This document shows, piece after piece, positions 16,700 through 30,039 of a DNA stretch of 64,000 nucleotides; within the stretch, counting starts at the first letter, position 1, and the number at the start of each line of letters is the position of its first letter. The stretch is from Eledone cirrhosa (taxonomy: Eukaryota): positions 75,950,001 to 76,014,000 of the forward strand of contig OZ024742.1 in NCBI GenBank assembly GCA_964016885.1, given 5' to 3'. The position numbers and the translations under genes are program-made. The notes beneath the pieces are model-generated. The model searched no databases. It was given only the letters and a program-made list of their open reading frames with translations, and had not been told where the DNA came from.

Positions 16700-17535
16700 A
16701 AAATACAGTTGAAATCCTACGGAGATATTCATGTCTGCACGTGCCATTGACCGATTCGAGTGTACACAGACCGTTAGTAACTACGGAGGGCCATCGGGGC
16801 CAAAACGTTACTTTCGGGATCATAAAAACGACCGTCAATATAAGGAAGGCCGATCGTGCTAGAAAGACTACAACCCCGGGTAAGATTTCCCAGAGGTCAG
16901 CCTGTAGATCTTGAACCACAGAATATGAGGGCAACACATATATGCGCCACGTATCCACTGCTTACGGCAGGATGGCTCGGGTCCGCCACAGTTACAGGCT
17001 AAATTTCTACTAGTGCAGCCTAAATCACAGTATACGCTTTACATAAATACATTACATCACAACTCATGCGCATACAGAGGTACAAATCAACAAGATATAC
17101 GTCAGGATTTGTTTAATATATATTATAAGTCTGTTTTTTACCTATTTTTTACCTATTTTTTACCTACTCTTACCTAATCCCATTATCTTATCTACTCTTG
17201 TCTGTTCTCTTATCCATGTGTCTACACTTGTCTGTTCTCTTATCCATGTGTATGCTTGTATGTAACTATATGTTGACAGCACACCGCCCAACTGTGACAG
17301 ATAGCACCCCTTATTTTTATTTTATTTTTATTTTCACTTTTATTTTTATTTACTTTTTATTCTTATCCTCTATCGTCTATTATTACCTTTCATTCTTCAA
17401 TGTCTTGGATTTGTTATTGCTTGTATGGTATGTAATTTAACCTTTATGCTCTGATGAGTCCCACTTATAGTGTGGATGAAACAATGTTAGCAAGTAAAGA
17501 TATGCATATGCTATAAGCGTTCTTTGTTATTTATT
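16700..17535 (+). mobile_element. Highly decayed PLE 3' end
   Basis: Residual YNPGK..ACRS*TTE resembles the PLE endonuclease YNPG..CxLC..E motif. A 3' UTR and hammerhead follow. Confidence 0.55.
17441..17500 (+). ncRNA. Minimal hammerhead ribozyme
   Basis: TGCT-CTGATGA-GTCCCAC-TTATA-GTGTGGAT-GAAA-CAATG-TT-AGCA. Confidence 0.85.
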
Positions 17536-17596
<61 letters not shown>

Positions 17597-17755
17597 TGTA
17601 ATCATTTCACTTGTATACGCTCTGCTTATATTCTCGCCCACTAATTAACGCTTCTAATATTTAACCCTGTAGGTACAGTATTGAACACATATGCACAAGC
17701 TATTGGCAACTAACTATATGTATCGGTTATCTCGTCTTCTCTCACTCGATACTTA

Positions 17756-17821
<66 letters not shown>

Positions 17822-17879
17822 AAATGTTATGGTTTGCTTGAAGCATTTTATATAATATATAACTTGAAAGATATAGAAG

Positions 17880-18520
17880 GCAAAACAATGCAATATGGAC
17901 TGTAAGTTGAGGTAACGAAAAGTAAAAGTTACCTGGTTATTTTTGTTTTCTTGTTGTTGTTGTTCTTTTATCTGTCCAATATTTCAGGTTCTGAAAGTCC
18001 CTTCATCAGGGTTTAATGGACTGTCAGTTGATAATGTTCCAATTTCCTCTCTTTGGGATAAAATTTTGATATTGATTAAAATTTTTTCTAAGTCGTTTCA
18101 AGCGTTTTTCTTTTTAATAGTTATAATAGATTATAACCCAACACACACTACTTGACATAAAAAGACACACCCACAGACACACAAACTAAACATCTCATAC
18201 AAAAAAGAAAATTGATTTCGCGAAATAATATATTGGCAATTGACGTCATTCACTAGGAAAGTGAAATAACCATATGAAACTCTTCAAAAGGACTTAGTAA
18301 AAATTTAAATAAAAATCAATATTTTATACAAAAGATAGGAAATTGGAAGATTATCCAATGAAAGTTCCTTAAACCCTACTGAAGGGACTTTACGGTCCCG
18401 AAATATTGGACGGATAAAGAACAACAACAAGAACAACAACAAGAAAACAGTACAAATATTACCAGGTAACTTTTACTTTTCGTTACCTTATCTTACAGTT
18501 GATTTTGCATTGCTTAGTCT
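17880..18520. repeat. Inverted pLTR pair with hammerhead
   Basis: About 17895-18095 is the reverse complement of about 18290-18500. Minus copy CC-CTGATGA-AGG..CCT-GAAA-TA-TT-GG. Plus copy GGGAC-TTTACG-GTCCC-GAAATATTGG with a damaged core. Confidence 0.75.
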
Positions 18521-18543
18521 TCTATCTTTTTCAATGTTGCGTA

Positions 18544-18604
<61 letters not shown>

Positions 18605-18799
18605 ATGTTTAACCCCGACGGCAGAGCTCAAGCCGTTTCGCCGGCTATTTCTGGACTCCAGATATAGCCAGCGAAACGGCTTGAGCTCTGCCATCAAGGT
18701 TAAACATTTTCCTATTACCCACTCTACTACTCTGTTAGTGACTCTGTTGAGTACTCTGGTGCGTTATGGCCCATCTGGTTCCTTACCACACCTCCTTCG

Positions 18800-18844
<45 letters not shown>

Positions 18845-18847
18845 TAT

Positions 18848-19010
<163 letters not shown>

Positions 19011-19119
19011 GTGTTGGTGCTCTGAAATACCGATATATATATATATATGAATGTACGTAGAGTATATATAGTAATATATTGTATGTTTATTTAAAAACAT
19101 TTAATGACCATTATTAACG

Positions 19120-19306
19120 ATGGATTGGCAGTATCGGTAGAGGGTCGGACGCCATGCTTTCCAGCATAGTTACGTCCCTTTACGGTCTGAGTTCAAATTC
19201 CATCGAGGTTAACTTTTCCATTCATCCTTACGGGGTCGATAAAATAAAGTACCAGTAATGCACTGGGATAATTGCTGGCATTGTGCAAAAAGTAGAAACA
19301 ATTATT
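19120..19306 (+). mobile_element. tRNA-derived SINE copy (full length)
   Basis: GGATTGGCAGTATCGG..GAGTTCAAAT..GGGGTCGATAAAATAAAGTACCAG..GTAGAAACAATTATT. Confidence 0.9.
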
Positions 19307-19464
19307 AAATATACTATACGTACATTCATATATACATCACTATTTCAGGGAACCAATACTAATTTCTAATTTTTGCTAGGCCTGCAACCGCTCTCTACGT
19401 TGATGAGTTTAAACAGCTCATACACATATCTGGAATTCTTTAAGAATCCAACTTCTATAACTGT

Positions 19465-19550
19465 CGGAAGAAGCGAAAGGGTATGTCATTTTGATAACCA
19501 CTTATAAGAGAGAAACGGTGACCGTCGATTACTCCCCTTCACTTCTGCCG
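19465..19550 (+). ncRNA. Hammerhead ribozyme, U3-A8 variant
   Basis: ATT-TTGATAA-CCACTTATAAGAGA-GAAA-CGG-TGA-CCG-TC-GAT inside an outer stem CGG..GAAG / CTTC..CCG. Confidence 0.6.
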
Positions 19551-20529
19551 CGACTAACGATGTGACGTTACTCGCTACTTTAAAATTCATGGCGAATGGT
19601 CTTCGAATTCCTTTTAAATATACTATACGTGCATGTATAGGATTAAATACAATATATATATATATATATAATTATAATGTGCTTAGTATATGTGAGAGAT
19701 GATAGGTAGATATGGTAATAAGAAAGGAATATATATGGCAAATACACAGGACATATGTGTAGCGAAAAAGTATCGCGTGATCTTTTAAACAAAGAGTGAT
19801 TATATTTCTTTCCGTTGACGTGAATGCTTATATATTTTCTTAATTGAGACATTTTCATTTTTATTCAACACTTTTCAATCAAATATCTTGTTTGTATAAA
19901 ACAAATAGAAAAGATATAACAAATATATGTGAAAGAAGCAAAGGAGCGGGTGACTCTTTACTGTTGTCTATGCGGTAAAACTAAGCTCTGCCTTTCCCAT
20001 AAAATGACGAAAGCATTGCCCCAAAGAACAACTGCTACATGACCCATCTAATCCCACGGGCCCCCTTCCCGAAGCGAAATACACCCATCGCAATTGTGCG
20101 TTGCAGCAAATGGAGTTATAGATTAGCAATTTAACTCCTTTGAACGAGAAGACGGTTGCCTCCTCGTGGAACATACCATCACTATGGATGATGCCAGCTC
20201 CATCTAGTTATAATGAAACATCAAATGATTCAAAGCTCATTACAAACCTGATACTTGCTTACATACCCAGCTTCACCCGGGTAAACTGATGATAAGACAG
20301 GTAGAAGAGAATGTGACTGTTTTGGATGTTTGTCTTGTTTACAGTATGAGGTGAGACCATGGAATGTGTGTGTGTAACGATCCCCCCCCCCCAAAAAAAA
20401 CACCCCAAAACAAAACAAAAATAAAACAAATAATAAACAGTTAAAATCTTCAAGATACACCAACTTCTTTGTTTTACCGTTCGTACAAGTATATGGAGAT
20501 TTCTAGGTGTTTCCACTCGTCAACAACAT

Positions 20530-21660
20530 TCATATAGAGAGAGGAGATATTATTAATGTTAGATATATGACAGAGTGGCATGTGGTTAATATATAGAGAG
20601 AGGGAGAGATTATTGGTATTAGGTATAGGGAAGGGGATAATGAGAGACAGCCATGGTTGATATAGAATGGGGTTATTTGAAGGTAGCAGATATAAAGAGG
20701 GGTGTTGGGAGAGAGTGTTGAACGGTAGATATAGAGAGGGGGAGAGTTTAGTGGCCATGGATATAGTGAGTTATATAATGAGAGAGTGTCGTGTGGTATA
20801 TATATAGAGAGAGGGAGAGTATTTGGTGGTAGAATATATAGAGAGGGGGTGCTGGGAGAGATATGTGTAGATAGAAAGAGAGAAAGGTATAATGAGAAAG
20901 TGCCGTATGGTTGATTTAGCGAGGGGTAGAGTTCAGGGTTAATGAATAGAGTGAGGGAAATTAAAAGAGAGTGTCGTGTTATGGATATAGAGAGGGAGAG
21001 GATTCGGTGGTAGTAAATATAGAGAGAGGTGTTGTGAGAGATAGGTGTATGGTAGTTATAAAGAGTGGGAGAGTTTAGTGGTTATGGATATAGAGAGGAG
21101 TATAATGAGAGAGTGTCGTGTGATAGATATAGAGAGGGGGAGCGTTTGGTGGTAGTAGATATATAGAGGGTTGTTGGGAGAGAGTGTTGTATTGTAGATA
21201 GAGAGAGGTGGAGATTTTCGTGGTAGCAGATATAAAGAGGGGTGTTTTGAGAGATAGGTGTACATAGATATAGAGAGCGTAGAGGTTGCAGGTAGCAGAT
21301 ATAGAGAGGAATGCTGAGAGAGGGTGTTGTAAGGCAGATTGAAGGGGGGCGGATTACGGGTAGTAGATATACAGAACAGTGTTGCGAGAGGTAGGTATAT
21401 GGCAGATATAAATAGAGGGATAGATTCGTGTTTATGGATATAGAGTGGGGCACAGGGAGATATAGTATCGTAATATATTTAGAAAGGGGGAAAGATACTG
21501 GTGTTAAATATATAGAGAGGGAGAGAATTTGGTGGTAGAAGATATAGAGAGTGGTGTTGGGAGAGATATGTGTAGATAGAGAGGGATAATGAAAAATTGC
21601 CGTATGGTTGATATAGGGAGGGCGTGAGTTTAGGAGTAATGAATACAGTGAGGGGAATTA
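20530..21660. repeat. Degenerate purine-rich minisatellite
   Basis: Recurring GATATAGAGAGGG and GGTGTTGGGAGAGA blocks with strong strand asymmetry. Confidence 0.75.
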
Positions 21661-21849
21661 GCTGTTTCGGATCACACCAAAATCAACATACTGATTGCGG
21701 ATTTGGTACGGGTGATGAGAAACGTGTCCCGCATGTGCAACCCCAAATAACTAGAGAGACACATACAACACGTCATCCACCGTATGCTCTGGTTATATTA
21801 AGAGAGATAAAATCAGAGTATATAGAGGAGTCCGAACCAAATGGAAAAA

Positions 21850-22870
21850 ATGGTAAATAATGATACAAATGGGACCTGCCCCTTGTATAGGAGCAAATTT
21901 TAGAAAGAACTAGGAATAAGGTTAATAGAATAAACTCATGGTATGATAGCAATAAATACCAGAGTGTAATGTTCATCAATACAACCCATAGAGGTGAATT
22001 AGGTTACAAATTCAGAAGGGCCCAAGATAAACATAAACTTAATATTAAGATAGTAGACAGACCAGGTACCTCCATAAAAACACTTATTAGCAATACATAC
22101 TCTTTTCAAAGATCTCCCTGTATAGATAAGAAATGCATAATCTGTAAACTAGAAATGTAGTATATAGCATCAGACGTACTGAAGGACGATGTAAATATAA
22201 CAATATAGTGTACATAGGTGAGACAGCTCGTAGTATAGGAGAACGGTTAAAAGAACACTGGCGAGAACTTCAAGATAAAAAAGAATCATCAATAATCCAC
22301 CAACTTGATAAAATAGAACATAAGGGCAAATTATAGAACATAGAAATAAAAATAGAATCTACACACAGAAAAGACGCAATGTTTAGACAAATCACAGAGG
22401 CAATAAACATAAATGAACTCCAACCAAAATTAAATAGAAATCATGAATGGAATAGCAACATCACAACTTACAATTAAGGATAACATGAAAACACACACAC
22501 ACATAGAACAAACATCCAACCAGTAACATGTAAATAAACAAATAAATAAACAAATATAAACACACACAGACACCCGGATGTAACACATGCGCAAACTAAG
22601 CACGCAACACACACAAAAACAAGATGGCGTAGGACAGAACAAAAGAGAGGCAGAAAAAGAAAGAGAAGAATCCCCAGTCACTGAAGAGGTCACAGAATGT
22701 GTGACGAAAGAACTTTGACAATATATGAACAACCGTCCGGTTATGGAACCAACCAACCAACCAACCTGAAATTTATAAATTCTTAAATTTATAAATTTAA
22801 TTTATAATAAATTGGGGTGAAAGCTTCTGGTGCGTGTGTTTCTTATTGGCAACATGACCCTCCCAAAGCA
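21850..22870 (+). mobile_element. 5'-truncated Penelope-like element (GIY-YIG plus pLTR)
   Basis: VMFINTTHRGEL..KIVDRPGTSIK..CIDKKCIIC, VYIGETARSIGERLKEH, RQITEAINI..PKLNR. Several stops. Confidence 0.9.
22677..22719 (+). ncRNA. Minimal hammerhead ribozyme
   Basis: GTCA-CTGAAGA-G-GTCACA-GAATG-TGTGAC-GAAA-GAAC-TT-TGAC. Confidence 0.85.
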
Positions 22871-23715
22871 AAACAATATATATATATAGATACAGATATA
22901 TATAATTATATAAAAATGTGTGTCTGTGTATGCATGCGCGCGCACGTATTTGAATCTGTATGTGCATGCATGTGTGTGCATGTGTGCGCACGTGTGTACG
23001 TGTGTATGTGCATGCATGTATGTGTATGTGTGCGTGTCCGTGCACGTATGTGCACGTGTGTGTACGTGTGTGTGTGTGTAAGCCTGCGTTTGAATCGGTC
23101 GCGCTGGCCGCGAAAAACGCTCATCACTAACAACGAACGTGCAGAAAGTATCCATTATTTTTTATTCGCAGCCTGCTAGAAATAGCAATCAGCTTGCTTC
23201 CCATACCCGTGAGGATTTTCTTCTTTGATGTTATACAATTAGAATCAATAAACCTTCCCGGGTATACCAGCCCGATTATTTCTACATCCCCGCGCACATA
23301 CATACACATGTATACATGCAGATACATATATACATCTTTACTCATTTTTGGATGGCCGTTGACTCTTATGAGTTCTTCCGCCATTTGTCAAGTTTTATTT
23401 TTTGTCCTACAGGATGTCAAGAAAAACCTACTCACCAAGTAAACTTGGTGGGGTTGCCGGTTTAGTCATACATACACATACATATACACACTCACACAGA
23501 CAAACACAAACACACACACATACACCCCCCCACACACATATATATGTATATGTAGCAAAGGTAGAACTATACAAGCAATGCTCGAAGGAAAGTAGAGATT
23601 TACGATTTACAAAGATAGTATGTAATTGTTGCGTCTCTTCCCAACATTTCATAGAATTGTGTAAGGGAATAAATATAGTTTCTGAATGAAAGAGTTGATT
23701 TTCGTGTTAGATATA

Positions 23716-23815
23716 CAGGGTGTCCCAAAAAGATGTATACACACTTCGATTACCTGTAGAGGCAGTATTTATTAGAATGCTGCTGAAGGTTGTATACACT
23801 TTTTGGGACACGCTG
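23716..23815. mobile_element. 100-bp Tc1/mariner MITE
   Basis: TA|CAGGGTGTCCCAAAAAG..CTTTTTGGGACACGCTG|TA, with TIRs extending to TGTATACA. Confidence 0.85.
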
Positions 23816-23840
23816 TATATGTATATATATATGTATAATG

Positions 23841-23873
<33 letters not shown>

Positions 23874-24115
23874 TGCTTACGCACATGCACAAGTAGAGCT
23901 CTTTATACAATACGGTTTTATTTCCATTTCAGGTAGACGCGATCCATCACCCACTTTTCTAAAAAATAAAATCATACACAATTCATACACAAAACGCCAG
24001 CACCAACAATTTTGCAAGAGATGTCAGCATGAATGGACCTATTCTTTTTATCTAAAGACATTTTTTCCAATCCCCCCCCCCCCCGTCACCTGAATCTATC
24101 TTGTTTCTCATTCTT

Positions 24116-24151
24116 TCTTCTGAGGAAGTACTAGCGTCCGAAACATTAAGA
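24116..24151 (+). ncRNA. Degenerate minimal hammerhead
   Basis: TCTT-CTGAGGA..GAAA-CA-TT-AAGA. Stem II is poorly paired. Confidence 0.5.
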
Positions 24152-24249
24152 CCCTCTTCCTGCTATATCAAGCGTTAACCTAATGTAACCCTTCCATATG
24201 CTGTAGCGATTGTGTTGTTGTTTCTGTTTATCTTTTACACACATATATA

Positions 24250-25030
24250 TATTCCTGACGACGGAATGCTTATCTATATTATTCTTCGGAAAATATATTT
24301 ACTCCATTCCAGAAACTAATTAGTTGGAAGTGATATTTTAGTAAGTAAGTTAATTTTATAATTTTCTTATTTTACGTCTCTTATATTATTGTTCTGCAAC
24401 CCCAAGCATTGAACCACACTGTTATTAAGACAACACCTATATATTTGCTAGCATTGATATGCATCTGTATGTATATATATGTTACTAGATATGAATTCTT
24501 TATTATTATCTCCAAATTATTTGTCGAGCAATATTGGCCATGACTGCTGCTACAGTTGTAGGCAGGCCGCTGTCTTATTAGCAAACAACTTTCCACTGAT
24601 TGACCTCGATGTCACGTGTTCGATTCTTTTTGAATTTGCCACAGACGTAGAGGCAGTGATTTTCTCAATGGCTTGGAATTCAGTCCACGCTTCGCTATTT
24701 CCTATCCACTGAATTATTTTTTAATAAGTTTCCAGTGTCCTCGCTTTGCCTGGAAACTTACATGAGAATAGACTTTCCTGACGACGGAATGCTTCTCAAT
24801 ATTATTCTTCGGAAAATATATTTACTCCATTCCAGAAACTAATTAGTTGGAAGTGATATTTTAGTAAGTAAGTTAAATTTATAATTTTCTTATTTTACGT
24901 CTCTTATATCATTGTTCTGCAACCCCAAGCATTGAACCACACTGTTATTAAGACAAAACCTATATATTTGCTAGCATTGATATGCATCTGTATGTATACA
25001 TATGTTACTAGATATGAATTCTTTATTATA
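24250..25030 (+). repeat. Tandem 1.5-mer of a 523-bp unit with two intact hammerheads
   Basis: CTGACGA at 24255 and 24778, each followed by C-GGAATG..CATTCC-A-GAAA-CTAATTAG-TT-GGAAGT. Confidence 0.88.
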
Positions 25031-25114
25031 TATATATAATTGGTGTTGGATGATTATAGCGTCCGAATGCGGTAGGCCGTATGAACCCTCGATGCTCTCA
25101 TAGAGCAGAGTCTG

Positions 25115-26392
25115 ATATCAGAGAAAAAAAGAGGGTCAGTGTTGCGACTAATGGAATTTATTGGACATATTACAATCGTTTCTATTGCGACCAGCTCGAG
25201 GCACGATCGATGTGATGATCGAACCTGACTCTGAAAATCGCAAGGTCATCAGATACGTCTTGATTCTACGAAGCAGATTTTCCTATGTTTTTTTACATCG
25301 ATATACTTCGCTTGTAGGCTTAGATCCTGTTGTCATTAATCTATGAGTGGTCAAGAATTGTACACGTCATCGATATTCTTAGCCACTCATGGTTTCCACT
25401 ATTTGTTTCTTTTCATTCTCCACCTGTCAATCAAATTTGTTTCTTAAGTCGGAATTAATACTGTTGTAGGTAAGGGTTGTATGCTTGAACTGCTGGCGGC
25501 ACTTCGACGTCTTCTCTGTCTTTAGGCGCCCACTTCTACACCGTATGCAAATTAATCGCCCACTTCTACACGCGTATGCACATGTCTTGGTGGATGTAAT
25601 TGTATGAACATGTCTGTGTGAGGGTATGAATGCCTATGTGTAGATATTTCTTTTTTCCATCTGTGTATATATGTACAGCGTCTTAACTATACACGCTTCC
25701 CTCAGTACAGTGTGTGAGTGTAGATATGTGTATATTTATCAAACATGCCTTCGAAATAACTTTTTTTGAAATGCTGTTCCACCATTCATTTAAAAACATT
25801 CCTTGTACAGGGTTTTTTTCTTTTTCCTTTTCAAATATGTATGTTTTAAGATATTCTGAGGCTGTGTTCTTGAAACGTTATGCTAAATATTTTTCTAATA
25901 TTTTTCTAATATTTTTTAAATTTGATTTAAAAATTCCCTCCAAACATTATTTACGGTGATCGTCGCAGTTGAGGGTGTGTACGCCATCGGTGTAGAAGTG
26001 GACGCCTAAAGACAGTGAGGACGTGGAAGTGCCGCCAGCAGTTCAAACATACAACTCCTTACCTACTACAGTAGTAATTTCGACCTAAGAAACAAATTTG
26101 ATTGACAGGTGGAGAATGAAAAGAACCAAATTGTGGACAACCATGAGTGGCTAGAAATACCGATGATGTGCACAATTCTTGACCACTCATAGAATGACAA
26201 CAACAGGATCTAAGCCAACAAGCGAAGTATATCGATGTAAAAGGACATAGCAAAATCTGAGGACCTTGCGATTTTCAGAGTCAGCTTCGATCATCACATC
26301 GATCGTGCCACGAGCTGGTCGCCAGAGAAGCGATTGTAATATGTCCAATAAATTCCATTCGTCGCAACGCTGATTCTCTTTTTTTCCGTGAT
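25115..26392. repeat. Long inverted pLTR pair (arms about 400 bp)
   Basis: About 25115-25545 is the reverse complement of about 25988-26392. Confidence 0.85.
25164..25259 (-). ncRNA. Hammerhead ribozyme with extended stem II
   Basis: Reverse strand reads GACGTAT-CTGATGA-CC-TTGCGA..TCGCAA-TA-GAAA-CGATTG-TA-ATATGTC. The mirror copy at 26257-26346 is damaged. Confidence 0.8.
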
Positions 26393-26394
26393 AT

Positions 26395-26859
26395 ATTTTA
26401 CTTTGTTCTTAACTCTGTAGCGGAGATTCATTTGGTCTCCTAGTTAGAATTTTAGTCTACGACTTCTGCTATACCATTTACGTGGTTTTGTCTTTACGTG
26501 CTATTGTTCTCCACGCTCCACATATGACTTATTATCTTCGTATTTTCGTTCATTGCCAGAGAACGTCTCTATGCACCACCTAAGAGAACATTAGTCTACG
26601 ACCTCTTTTATACCATAAACGTGGTTCTGTCTTTGCGCGTAATTGTTTTTCACCGCTCCTATTAATGACGTATTATTCGTTTTTTCCCGTTCTTTGCCAG
26701 CGAACGTTTCCACGAACCAAAGTATCGTCTTCCTGTCTTCCTCCGGTTGCAACGTTTTTTGAAATATCCAGTTCTGCGTTTACAGATTGACTTTGTTAGT
26801 TTCAGAAGATCCCGTTAAGGGTGAAAGCAGCAATTCTTTGCTTAAACTTTAATCTGTTA

Positions 26860-26865
<6 letters not shown>
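26395..26865 (+). mobile_element. Solo family A PLE 3' UTR/pLTR
   Basis: Close match to 7050-7520. Ends in (TA)n. Confidence 0.85.
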
Positions 26866-26909
<44 letters not shown>

Positions 26910-28199
26910 TTGTGTGTGTGTGTGGGGGGGGTATGTTTGTATATATATATACGTTTTAACTGGTCTGCCGCTCGACGTCTTTATTATTTAAGAATGTTAT
27001 TGCTGTTATATATATAACACTTATGGCGTAGATGTTTCTATTATTTTCCTGTGATTTTAATATCCCCGTCTATACTCTTCATCACTAATTCACTTATGTA
27101 GACATATAACGCATGTTTTCTGAATGCGGGTAAAAGATTTGAAATAAAACTGAATGAAACGATTTTTATATTGTGGTCATTTCACGATTTAATGTTTCAA
27201 AAATGCTTTCTCGTTCAGAAAATTCGATGTTGAAATACGTATTCATTTATAACCCTTCGTTTTGTTGCCTCATACTTAGTAACGTGTTCTGAATTTATAT
27301 TATATATTTCTCTTTGTGGTATTAGTAACTGTTCAAACTATGTGCTTGAAAAATGATAATATGAAATAACGATAACAAAATAAACCAATATTTCTCACAA
27401 ATGTCTCACTAAGTTGAATTTAATTTCACGCTTTTATACATACGCATAATAGTTTCTATTTCAGTTAAAATCTTCTGAGCAAACATGATATTTATCAAAA
27501 ATAGTTCTTTTCGAAAATCTGCGTGTCAAATTATTTATTATGTTAGTTAGATATAATATAGAAACTGAATGCCTATACAAAACCACTATTATGGGTTAGA
27601 TATCAGGATGACTGAGATCAAATAGAATATCATTCCGATGGAATATGAATTAAAGTATCGTATGGCGAATATATCTGCTGAATACTTCCATAGTATGATC
27701 ACGCTTTTCATACGTATTCAATGGTAAGCGATGATAGCAATACAACCTCCCCCCCCACACACACATACACACACACAGATATATACATATACTTATTATA
27801 AGGAATCACTGCCTGAAGGCTGTTCTCTTACCAATCCAACGGCAGTTGAAGTAATTTTCTTTATTTGAGTTGCTTCCAAACAATGCGTCTTCGGGAGCGT
27901 GGTCCTATTTTGATTGACACATAGGGGAAGTCGGGCTAAGTGAGGAAATGGCTGTAACATTCGAGTGGGGAGAAACGATTTTGAGTTTATCGAGCAATTT
28001 CTATGGTGGCTAGCAAATGTCTCGAAGAAAATAACCTAGTTAAACATGACACTCTCCCTACATCTCATTGTCATACACTTAGCAAATACTTTACAGCGAA
28101 TTCTTAACAAGAAGCAATTTGAGCAATCGGGCTTGTCTCCCGTTTTGAAAACTAGGATTATCAACCTCGATTGCTACCCTTGACGTTTTGTATTGATTG

Positions 28200-28628
28200 T
28201 GTGTGCGGGAGTATGCATCACATGTTGAACATGATTAATCATTTCCTGGGTGATGGCAGTTGTAGGACGATCAGCCGCTGGTTCGTCTTCAAGACTCTCC
28301 CGTTCTCTTCTTAATTCAGTTGCCCACTGTTGCACTATTGGTGAAGCTCGAGCGTCATCACCTAATGTACCAACCATGTCAGCATGTATGTCCTTAGAGG
28401 ACAAACCGTTTTTCTGCAGGTACTTGATAACAGCAGGATGTCACATTTTATCCATTTGGAAGAGATGCTGCACTAGATACTTTTGAAATCTTCTTTGAAC
28501 TGTTAAACATCAGTTATCTGAAGATATGCTGTTATTTATATGAACAGTTGAAATGAACGCATCCAACATTTCACAAGTCTAACGGCACTTCTTTATAGTC
28601 AGCCTATGAACTTTTCAGCCGGATCTCG
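28200..28628 (-). mobile_element. Mariner transposon 5' fragment (TIR plus HTH part of transposase)
   Basis: TA|CGAGATCCGGCTGAAAAGTTCATAGGCTGAC terminus. AVIKYLQKNGLSSKDIHADMVGTLGDDA..VQQWATELRRERESLEDEP..RPTT. Confidence 0.88.
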
Positions 28629-29103
28629 TAACACCCGTACGATATATGTACAAAATTAGTTTTTCCAAAAATATATTTTATATAAAACACAAAAGAACGA
28701 CAATGAAATTACAGTAAAAACGTCCTTAGTAAACACGGAATAAAACTGTATTTGTTAGCCGAATCAATAATCAAAAGGCAACTCAATTTAACAAATGGTA
28801 CTTTGAAAAGAATTCTGATTCTTCAGAAAACAATAACACTCATCAACGCACAAATACTCAAAATAACATAATAAAAATGAACAACTATACGGCCACTAAC
28901 TATCTAGTCTTAATTCTAAGGTATATGTTAGTAAATGCCAACAAATCGATACATTCCTGTTATTTGATTATGAAATATAGATGCCAATCATTTCAGTTTT
29001 GCAGAAATTTTGCAAATGATGTACATACATACCTCCATGCATAGACGTCCACCCACACACAAACGCACGAATACATAGACACTCACACACATATATATGC
29101 ATA

Positions 29104-29145
<42 letters not shown>

Positions 29146-29641
29146 TTGTTTGAAATGATAGCTTTATTCTCTCTCTAACCTACAATTTTTTCAAAATACG
29201 ATAATCACATACGATTTGTGGTGTAAATTCCTACGCTTAGATTTATTAGGCACATATAGCATTAGGAAGAATATGTTTTATAAAGAAAGCATCAGGATAA
29301 TCATGATCCTAATCATTATCATCATCCTCATCGTCCTCATTATCGTCATTATCATCGTCATTATCATCGATTGCAGCTGCCGTACCAACAGAGGCAAGAT
29401 AACATCCTGATTAACATCAACAACGCTGCGACGGAAACACCACAGGTATGTTAATATGATATATAACATCAAGGGCGGAAAGTTCCTGTTGCCTTTACTG
29501 ATCAAAATCTTTTGGAAAAATGTTAGATAATGTGGTGTGAGGGTATCTTTTTCATATAGCTGCTTGGTGAAAGTAACGCGCATTTTTTCGATTATATTCG
29601 AACTCTTCTGTGAGGAATATTTATTTAAAACGTCCAGACTA

Positions 29642-29693
<52 letters not shown>

Positions 29694-29873
29694 ATATATA
29701 TATATATGAAAAAAATCGACTGCTAGATCCGAAGTCAGATCTATCTTTTAGGATCTAGCTGTCAAAACGGCCGGTGCTCAGCCGTCGGTTTCTGACTCTT
29801 CTCCTATTACCCACTCTACTACCCTAAGTATCGAGTACTTTGGTGCATTATCGTCCAGCTGGCTCCTTACCAC

Positions 29874-29969
<96 letters not shown>

Positions 29970-30039
29970 TATATATATGAATATATATATATATATGAAT
30001 ATATATATGAATATATATATATATATGAATATATATATA

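Noticed and set aside
19120-19200. tRNA gene
   Set aside because: The A and B boxes belong to a SINE head, and there is no cloverleaf.
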